From: Paraspadella gotoi
Lineage: Eukaryota > Animalia > Chaetognatha
NCBI GenBank assembly: GCA_051294375.1
Contig: JBJCIZ010000243.1
Location: forward strand, 1-5,397
DNA length: 5,397 nucleotides
Direction: 5' to 3'
Shown here: positions 1-5,397 of the stretch, in pieces
Position numbering within the stretch: position 1 is the first letter of the stretch
How the letters are laid out: every line of letters starts with the position of its first letter
The notes under the pieces: generated by a model
The model's database searches: none
What the model was told of the DNA's origin: nothing
The model's input: the letters and a program-made list of their open reading frames with translations, nothing else
Program-made: the position numbers and the translations under genes

Positions 1-34
1 TTTCTTTTGTTTAGAAATTGTCTTCTCGAGTGAC

Positions 35-50
35 CATACGCCCCCTTGTT
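35..50 (-). promoter_or_regulatory. Candidate polypurine tract and start of 3' LTR
   Basis: Minus strand reads AACAAGGGGG-CGTA-TG, a short G-rich purine run (47-41) followed after 4 nt by TG (36-35) at the end of the AT-rich tract. The run is short and there is no second LTR to confirm it. Confidence 0.35.
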
Positions 51-51
51 G

Positions 52-282
52 AAATATATAATAATATATTACAATATTAAATATTGTCGTCTCTCGAGAA
101 AGAAATGTGAATAACATAATAATTATATATGTGACATATATAAATACAAAATATACTACTGGCTAACTTTAACATCAAAAATTCAAAAATATGAAAAAAT
201 AAAATTCCAAAATATAGAAATTAGAACAATTTCAAGGATCATAAAATATCGTAATTCGAAAATATTAATCCGATATATATTG
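52..282 (-). other. Very AT-rich non-coding tract, probably the element's 3' UTR
   Basis: Abrupt shift to almost pure A/T below ~300, no ORF, located downstream of pol and upstream of a purine run. Confidence 0.6.
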
Positions 283-495
283 CTATATACAATTTATAGG
301 CGGTTGTTTGGCTGGGATTTCTGGTTTGTCGTCGTTGTTGTCATTTTGTTTTTGTTGTCGTTTCAGTATTTCCTTCAATACAATTGCGTATGTTGAGCGT
401 TTTTCACTGTTGTTGATCGTTCTTGTTGGGTTTCTTCTGAGATTGTAAGCCGTTGACCTCGAAGGCCTTTCCCACGTTGGCTCATTGCTTTCGAG

Positions 496-513
496 GTTGT
501 TGTTGTTGTTGTT
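496..513 (+). repeat. (GTT)6 microsatellite
   Basis: gttgttgttgttgttgtt; reads as an Asn run (AAC) in the proposed Pol tail frame. Confidence 0.85.
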
Positions 514-565
514 TTCCCTTCGCCCGGTTGACGTTGAAGTCGTTGTACGTGGAGGGCTGGGAGAG

Positions 566-3500
566 TCAGGAGGACAAAGAACGTTGTTGGGATGCTGGCG
601 GGTTGGGGGAAAGGTGAGGTTGTAGAGGGGGGGTGGGGGGAGGGAGGAGGAGGAGGAGGAGAAGGAGGAGGAGGAGGATTAGCCATGCGCCGATTTGTTG
701 AGCGAGTGATCGGGTCGTCGACGCGGGTTGCCTGGTCCTGGCGCCTGGTCCTCGGCCTGGAGTTCTGTCTCGGCGAGGATCCAGGTCGTCGTCGGTCGCC
801 ATTTGTTCGTCGCTGATCCAGGCAGGTTTAATTCTTGCTATATTTACTGTTTCTCTTCCGACGCTCGGGATTTCGACGGTTATATTTAAACCGTTTCGAT
901 GAATGACACGAAAGGGGCCTTCGTAAGGAGGGGTTAGAGATGGTTGTACGGGTGGTCGTCTCACGAAGACGTACTTGGCGGATTCGAGGTTCTCCGGGAG
1001 GTGCACGGCCGGTTGTCGATGCGCGGATGTTGGAGTCGGCTGCAGGCGGGCAACCTCTACTCGCAGTTTTGAGAGTTTTTGGCTGCGCTCCCGGTTTAAT
1101 GCGGCGTTGTCGACTTGGGCATCGCCGAGTAAGCTGCCGGGAATGCATATGCCTTCGCCAAAAACTAGGTCGGCTGCTGAAGCGCCAACGTCCTCCTTGA
1201 TGGTCGTTCTGATTGCCAGTAAAGTTAACGGTAATTTCCAATACCATCCTTCCCTTTCTTCGTTTCCCAGTGCCATAAGTGATTCCTTTAACCTACGGTG
1301 GAACCTTTCCACCAATCCGTTAGCCTGTGGGTGATATGCTGTAGTAGTTTGATGCTTGATACCCCAAGTTTTCGTTAGTTGGCGCCAAAGAGTCGATATG
1401 AATTGGCTCCCTCTATCTGTCGTTATCACCGCTGGGATTCCGAATGTACTGATCCATTCGTGGCTTAATGCGTCGAGGATGGTTGGCGTAATCGTATCTC
1501 TAATTGGGATGGCAGCTGGCCATCTCGAAAAGCGGTCGACGATGGTTAAGAGGTGGGTGAATCCGTTCGATTTGGGCATCTTGACAAGGTCCAGGTTCAA
1601 ATGTTGAAATCGACGTGCGGGAACCTTGAATTCTCCTATCTCTGGTACTGTGTGCCGAGTTATTTTTGCCCGCTGGCAATCGACACAGTCACGTGACCAT
1701 TGCGTAACGTCCTGGCGCATATTCGTCCAGACGAATTTCGCCGCTACAGCTTTTCTCGTCGCGTCGACCCCTGGATGACCGAGTCCGTGTATAACGTCAA
1801 AAACTTTTCGTCGCCACGATGCTGGAACGAATGGTCTCGCTGGACCGTTTGAGATATCAGCGAGGAGTTCCTGATTGCCAACTCGAATCTTCCGGAATGT
1901 CAAGCCGGTTCTCGCTTCCTCAGAGATCTTTTGAAAGTCGGGATCTAGAACTTGTTCCCGCGCCATTTGTTCAAAGTCGATCTCGAAGGTTGTTAACGAC
2001 GCAATCAGCGCATTGGCGTCTTCCAAACGGTTGGGTTTGATTTCTCGCTCCACTCGCTCGTCGCTTTGCTGTCGAAATGGTGGAGTCGTTGCACTGGTTG
2101 AGTCATTTGTCGAATCGCTCATTGGAGGACTATTTTGATTTGTCGACTTTGCCGCATTTTCTGCAGGTAGCTGTATGACCTGGGCGGAAGAGGTCGAGAC
2201 GTTTGCTGAGTTGATCGTCGACGATTTGAGCTGCTTGTTATCCTGCTGCTGCTGCTGTGATGCTGCTGCTGCTGTTGACGCGTTGTTCGGACGAGAGAGC
2301 GCGTCTGCGACGACATTCGCCTTGCCTTTCAAGTAGCGGATATCTGTCGTATACTCAGCTATTACTGACAGCTGGTAAGCTTGACGAGCGGTTTGGGCTT
2401 CCGACTTTTTCTTGAGGGCGGGAATGAGACTCTGGTGGTCTGTATAGATCGTGAATGTTCTTCCTTCAATCCAGTGGCGAAAATGCCGGACTGCACGGAA
2501 GGCGCCATAAAGCTCGCGGTCGAAGGGTGGCCAGAGCTTCTGGTTTTTCGCCAATTTGGCCGAAAAAAAGGCCAAAGGCTCCCAGCCTTTGGGGCCTCTT
2601 TGCTCCAGCACGGCTCCCACCGCGTGGTCAGACGCATCCGTCGTGATGCAGAGCTGCGCAGCCGTTCGAGGATGATGCAGTAGCGCTGCCTGGATCAAGC
2701 CTTCTTTGATTGCTTCAAAGGCTCGGTCGCAGTCCTCCGTCCACTTGAGGGCTTTTGGCTTTCCACTGAGTGCTTCATACAGTGGCGCACAGCGATGAGC
2801 GACCTTTGGAATGAAACGCCGATAGTAATTTATCATTCCAAGGAATCGCTGGAGTTCCTTGATTGATGTCGGCTTTGTCGTTTCACGAAGAGTTTGTACC
2901 CGTTCGGGTAAAGGGCGCACACCATTCTTGTCGACGAGGAAACCCAGAAATTCCAGGGATTCCTGGCCAAGGAGACATTTCTTCGTGTTTACCACGAGGC
3001 CGTTGTCGTCGAGTGTCTTAAAGACACGCTCAAGGTCACGAAGATGCTCCTCCGGCGTTGTCGACGCGACCAAAATGTCGTCGAGATAGACGAATGTGTG
3101 CGGGATGTCGCCGAGTATCGAGTCCATAAGGCGCTGAAAATCTTGCCCCGCATTTTTCAGCCCAAATGGGCAGCGGGGAAAGACGTACAGCCCGAATGGC
3201 GTGATGACCGCCGTCTTTTTTACGTCCTCGGGGTTGACGGGGATCTGATGATACCCCTTAAGTAAGTCTATCTTTGAAAAGATAGTTTTTCCCTCGAGTT
3301 GCGCGTTAAAGTCGGTCAGCAGCTTGACCGGATAGCGGTCGTCTATCGTTTGAGCATTCAGCCGGCGGTAATCACCGCAGCAGCGCCAACCACCGTCCGG
3401 CTTTGCTACTACGTGAAGCGGCGAGGACCACTCTGATTTTCCTCTCTTGGCTATACCTAGCGAGACCATTTTTTCCAGCTCTTTCTTTGCCACTGCCAGC

Positions 3501-4102
3501 TTTTCCGGATCTAGTCGACGCGCTCGAGATTGACAGGGTCGACCTTCTGTCGGGATGGAGTGGGTAACGCCGTGACGCGGTTCTTTGAGTTCGAATGTCG
3601 GCGTTGAAAGAGAAGGAAACGAATCTAAGAGTTTATAAAATTTTTCGCCTTTGCGATCTACAAAATTCACGTGAGTAGTGGCTCCCGGAGATGTCGACGC
3701 GGCTATCGTCGAGTAGTCCTTCAGGTCCATCAATAGGCCGTCTCTGTGATTAGGCGCTAAGAAATTTTCCGCGAGAAAATCTGCGCCTAAGATAAACTGT
3801 GTGACGTCAGCCACTACAAATTCATATTCGAATTGTCTTTTTCCTAGTGTGACGGTCTTTTTGATGGTGCCATAGCAGTTTATTGGTGAACCATTTGCTG
3901 CTTGTAACTTCATCTCTGGGTTTGGTCCGCTTTGCCTTTGTTCGTGAGTCGGAGGAATAATTGATAGGAGGGCCCCGCCGTCCACCAGCCATTTGATCCT
4001 GCTTTGCGAGTCTCTTATGTACAGTAAGTCGTTTGCTGCTGGTGAACGTGATTGATGATGGGGGACGGCGTTCACCGCCGGCGTCCCCCTTTCCCGTTTC
4101 CC
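566..4102 (-). CDS. pol: Pol polyprotein (aspartic protease, reverse transcriptase, RNase H, integrase), probably expressed as a Gag-Pol fusion by -1 frameshift
   Basis: The 1196-codon open frame (566..4156) contains LVDGGA, SSPLHVV, GDYRRLN, PFGLKNA, YLDD, FLG, TDAS, YTDH, ADALSR, HHCC, DD35E and GPF motifs. The track's GTG start at 4156 is probably not used; entry is likely at the slippery site 4096-4102. The 3' end is uncertain (see findings). Confidence 0.95.
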   Translation of the reverse strand, partial: GKRERGTPAVNAVPHHQSRSPAANDLLYIRDSQSRIKWLVDGGALLSIIPPTHEQRQSGPNPEMKLQAANGSPINCYGTIKKTVTLGKRQFEYEFVVADVTQFILGADFLAENFLAPNHRDGLLMDLKDYSTIAASTSPGATTHVNFVDRKGEKFYKLLDSFPSLSTPTFELKEPRHGVTHSIPTEGRPCQSRARRLDPEKLAVAKKELEKMVSLGIAKRGKSEWSSPLHVVAKPDGGWRCCGDYRRLNAQTIDDRYPVKLLTDFNAQLEGKTIFSKIDLLKGYHQIPVNPEDVKKTAVITPFGLYVFPRCPFGLKNAGQDFQRLMDSILGDIPHTFVYLDDILVASTTPEEHLRDLERVFKTLDDNGLVVNTKKCLLGQESLEFLGFLVDKNGVRPLPERVQTLRETTKPTSIKELQRFLGMINYYRRFIPKVAHRCAPLYEALSGKPKALKWTEDCDRAFEAIKEGLIQAALLHHPRTAAQLCITTDASDHAVGAVLEQRGPKGWEPLAFFSAKLAKNQKLWPPFDRELYGAFRAVRHFRHWIEGRTFTIYTDHQSLIPALKKKSEAQTARQAYQLSVIAEYTTDIRYLKGKANVVADALSRPNNASTAAAASQQQQQDNKQLKSSTINSANVSTSSAQVIQLPAENAAKSTNQNSPPMSDSTNDSTSATTPPFRQQSDERVEREIKPNRLEDANALIASLTTFEIDFEQMAREQVLDPDFQKISEEARTGLTFRKIRVGNQELLADISNGPARPFVPASWRRKVFDVIHGLGHPGVDATRKAVAAKFVWTNMRQDVTQWSRDCVDCQRAKITRHTVPEIGEFKVPARRFQHLNLDLVKMPKSNGFTHLLTIVDRFSRWPAAIPIRDTITPTILDALSHEWISTFGIPAVITTDRGSQFISTLWRQLTKTWGIKHQTTTAYHPQANGLVERFHRRLKESLMALGNEEREGWYWKLPLTLLAIRTTIKEDVGASAADLVFGEGICIPGSLLGDAQVDNAALNRERSQKLSKLRVEVARLQPTPTSAHRQPAVHLPENLESAKYVFVRRPPVQPSLTPPYEGPFRVIHRNGLNITVEIPSVGRETVNIARIKPAWISDEQMATDDDLDPRRDRTPGRGPGARTRQPASTTRSLAQQIGAWLILLLLLLLLLLLPPPTPPLQPHLSPNPPASQQRSLSS
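626..678 (+). repeat. (GGA)n microsatellite plus G homopolymers; encodes a poly-Pro tract on the minus strand
   Basis: gagggggggtggggggagggaggaggaggaggaggagaaggaggaggaggagga. Confidence 0.9.
830..1860 (-). other. Integrase: HHCC zinc finger, DD(35)E core, GPF module (approximate bounds)
   Basis: HGLGH...CVDC (1789-1676); HLNLDLV; TTDRGSQF followed by exactly 35 residues to the E of NGLVERFH; YEGPFRV (~925-905). No chromodomain recognisable downstream. Confidence 0.95.
2244..2274 (+). repeat. Interrupted (TGC)n repeat encoding AAAASQQQQQ in the RNase H-integrase linker
   Basis: tgctgctgctgctgtgatgctgctgctgctg. Confidence 0.8.
2291..2650 (-). other. RNase H domain (Ty3/Gypsy type)
   Basis: TTDASDHAVGAVLEQ, DRELYGA, YTDHQSL, NVVADALSR: all four acidic residues (D, E, D, D) are present. 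Confidence 0.95.
2925..3465 (-). other. Reverse transcriptase core domain (approximate bounds)
   Basis: SEWSSPLHVVAKPDGGWRCCGDYRRLN, DRYP, FSKIDLLKGYHQIP, PFGLKNAGQDFQR, YLDD (3088-3077), KC, EFLG. Confidence 0.97.
3720..4025 (-). other. Retropepsin-like aspartic protease domain (approximate bounds)
   Basis: LYIRD...KWLVDGGALLSIIP (catalytic Asp codon 3982-3980), flap-like LQAANGSPINCYG, and C-terminal VADV..ILGADFL. Confidence 0.85.
4041..4102 (-). promoter_or_regulatory. Programmed -1 ribosomal frameshift signal: slippery heptamer plus H-type pseudoknot
   Basis: Minus strand: G GGA AAC (4102-4096) in gag phase; spacer GGGAAA; stem 1 GGGGGACG (4089-4082) / CGTCCCCC (4067-4060); stem 2 GGTGAACG (4076-4069) / CGTTCACC (4048-4041). 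pol is in the -1 frame relative to gag. Confidence 0.9.
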
Positions 4103-5175
4103 TCTTTGCGCTTTTGAGATTCCTCGAATTTTGCGCAGCCGGGTTCGCACGACCACGCGTTGTCTCCAAACTTAACGTGTTTGCTGCAGAGGGTCATCAA
4201 TTTGCTCTTTATTTTCCCTTTGACCTGATTCTGACGCTTCTTCCCGTTTGTATTACGCTTCTGGAAATTTCCAAGCGCATTGATGGCGTCGTCGTCGTCG
4301 TCCTCTGATTCCGATGATTGACGTCGACGTTGCTCTCTCTCGACGTTGTTGACCAATGAGGCTGACTGGCGGATCTTGAGGTTTCCCTCGTTGTCATAAT
4401 GCCGGTCCGCGAGTTGGCATAGGTCGTGGGCTGATAGGTCCTCGGCCTTGTCCTCTAATTGCCGACGCACGTCGACGGGCAACTCGCGGAGAATTTTTTC
4501 TTTCCGCACGTCATCGAGGTTGATGTTTCGAGTCCTCTCCTCCAGCTTCGCTAGCATTTTCGACGGCTTCATGCCGTCGACGTCGAGAGTGTCGAGAATG
4601 TTGGAGGCTTGTTGACGCTTTGACAGGCCATATTCCTTCCTCAGATACTGGAGAAACTGGCGCCACGTCTCCTCCGTCGTTTCGCCGAACAGGAATTGGT
4701 TTATAGTAGGATCGACGTTGACGTTTATTTTTGCTTCCAGATGGGCAAACTTATTTTTGGGAGCGGTTATCCCCGCGCGGGTGTAAGCCGCCTCTACGCG
4801 CCGAATCCAGATTTCGATGTTGGAAACGTCAAAGTCCGGTAAATCTGGTTTCCGGTTTGACGCTCGCTCCAAAGCGCGTGTCGCCGCTGCCAGGGCGGCG
4901 CGGAGCTCGTCGTTTTCACTGCGAAGTTCGCGGTCGGAAGCGCCGCCGGTTGCCATGCCGGCGTCGACGAGATTCTCGGCGTCGCTGAAGTTTTCGGCGT
5001 TGGCTGCTTGGAAGGTAAAGGCTTGAGCGGCGTCAGCGTAGGCGGGAGATGTCGACCTCGATCGTCGCCCTCGTCCGAATCCCAAGGGGAGCTGTAGCGT
5101 CGCGGCGTCGGCTCGTGGCTCATCGGCGTCGCGTTGGGATGAGCGAAGTCGCTGACGGTAATCGTCGCCGTTCAT
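4072..5175 (-). CDS. gag: Gag structural polyprotein, 367 aa
   Basis: ATG ORF directly upstream of pol. It has a coiled-coil-like segment (DRELRSENDELRAALAAATRALERA), a Gypsy Gag N-terminal-like block (LPDFDVSNIEIWIRRVEAAY...KF), acidic and basic patches, and a C-terminal knuckle CSKHVKFGDNAWSCEPGC. It ends in TGA at 4072-4074. Confidence 0.9.
   Translation of the reverse strand: MNGDDYRQRLRSSQRDADEPRADAATLQLPLGFGRGRRSRSTSPAYADAAQAFTFQAANAENFSDAENLVDAGMATGGASDRELRSENDELRAALAAATRALERASNRKPDLPDFDVSNIEIWIRRVEAAYTRAGITAPKNKFAHLEAKINVNVDPTINQFLFGETTEETWRQFLQYLRKEYGLSKRQQASNILDTLDVDGMKPSKMLAKLEERTRNINLDDVRKEKILRELPVDVRRQLEDKAEDLSAHDLCQLADRHYDNEGNLKIRQSASLVNNVEREQRRRQSSESEDDDDDAINALGNFQKRNTNGKKRQNQVKGKIKSKLMTLCSKHVKFGDNAWSCEPGCAKFEESQKRKEGNGKGGRRR
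4135..4188 (-). other. Gag nucleocapsid zinc knuckle, CHCC type (C-X2-H-X9-C-X3-C)
   Basis: Translation CSKHVKFGDNAWSCEPGC; the spacing matches the CHCC motif known from CsRn1-clade elements rather than retroviral CCHC. Confidence 0.88.
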
Positions 5176-5397
5176 CGGAATCTCCTCTCGTTGTGGAGTC
5201 GGTTGAGGGATTAGGGGAATTGGGGCGGGTTGGAAAAGTGTCAGTGGATCGGGAGATCAACTTAATTCCAATTCATTCCCGATCTTACCTCGGAAGTGGT
5301 AATTTTCCTCTGTCGCCCCCTTTGAAGGTTGGTTGCTGTTCTTCGTCGGACTCTCCAAGTGTGGCCGGGTCACGGAATCTCTCCAAAGCGTGATGAA

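Larger units (their letters stand above)
1..5397 (-). mobile_element. Ty3/Gypsy LTR retrotransposon, CsRn1-like clade; internal region (leader-gag-pol-3'UTR), with LTRs largely or wholly outside the window
   Basis: gag followed by pol with PR-RT-RH-IN order (Gypsy order); YLDD RT; HHCC/DD35E/GPF integrase; CHCC Gag knuckle. No paired long terminal repeats seen, so element boundaries cannot be fixed. Confidence 0.95.

Noticed and set aside
375-686. 103-aa minus-strand ORF as an independent gene or env-like ORF3
   Set aside because: No signal peptide, cleavage site or convincing env features; it is low-complexity and better explained as one frame-shifted piece of the Pol tail.
566-690. Poly-Leu 'transmembrane' segment at the annotated Pol C-terminus
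   Set aside because: It results from reading a (CCT)n microsatellite in the CTC phase; the adjacent frame gives a more typical poly-Pro linker.
4089-4095. Second slippery-like heptamer GGGAAAG
   Set aside because: It is in GGG_AAA_G phase relative to gag rather than X_XXY_YYZ, and it abuts stem 1 with no spacer; it serves as the spacer of the upstream site.
4103-4156. GTG start of pol at 4156 (MVVRTRLRK...) as given in the ORF track
   Set aside because: It overlaps the Gag zinc knuckle, GTG initiation is unlikely in a eukaryotic element, and a clear -1 frameshift signal downstream explains Pol expression.
566-4156. Prokaryotic RT system (retron, group II intron, DGR) or CRISPR-associated RT
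   Set aside because: The RT is fused to retropepsin, RNase H and DDE integrase behind a gag gene, which is LTR-retroelement architecture. No repeat-spacer array is present.
5362-5376. tRNA-Trp primer-binding-site-like GTGACCCG on the minus strand
   Set aside because: It resembles part of the expected TGGTGACCCCG but lacks the TGG complementary to the tRNA CCA end and has no adjacent LTR CA terminus. The real PBS is probably beyond the window.
5176-5386. Short direct repeats CGGAATCTC (5176-5184, 5373-5381) and CTCTCCAA (5351-5358, 5379-5386)
   Set aside because: Only 8-9 bp with no regular spacing; not distinguishable from chance without other copies.
592-5393. Numerous short plus-strand and alternate-frame ORFs (62-139 aa)
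   Set aside because: All overlap gag or pol, have no recognisable motifs, and are expected shadow ORFs of a fairly GC-rich coding sequence.

Overview
The window holds almost the whole internal region of a eukaryotic Ty3/Gypsy (Metaviridae) LTR retrotransposon on the minus strand. gag (5175->4072) overlaps pol in the -1 frame, and pol has the order protease-RT-RNase H-integrase(GPF). The Gag zinc knuckle is C-X2-H-X9-C-X3-C (CHCC), typical of the CsRn1/Kabuki/Boudicca lineage, so an invertebrate animal host is likely (inference). The gag/pol overlap carries a complete -1 ribosomal frameshift cassette: slippery G_GGA_AAC, a 6-nt spacer and an H-type pseudoknot with two 8-bp stems. Unusual points are a D-G-G-A protease active site, a ~90-aa low-complexity insert between RNase H and integrase, a Pol tail that seems to run through two further -1 shifts into an ATG-less frame missing from the ORF track, and 16 copies of the palindrome GTCGAC. 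No LTR pair is visible; a weak PPT/3' LTR edge may lie at the left end.
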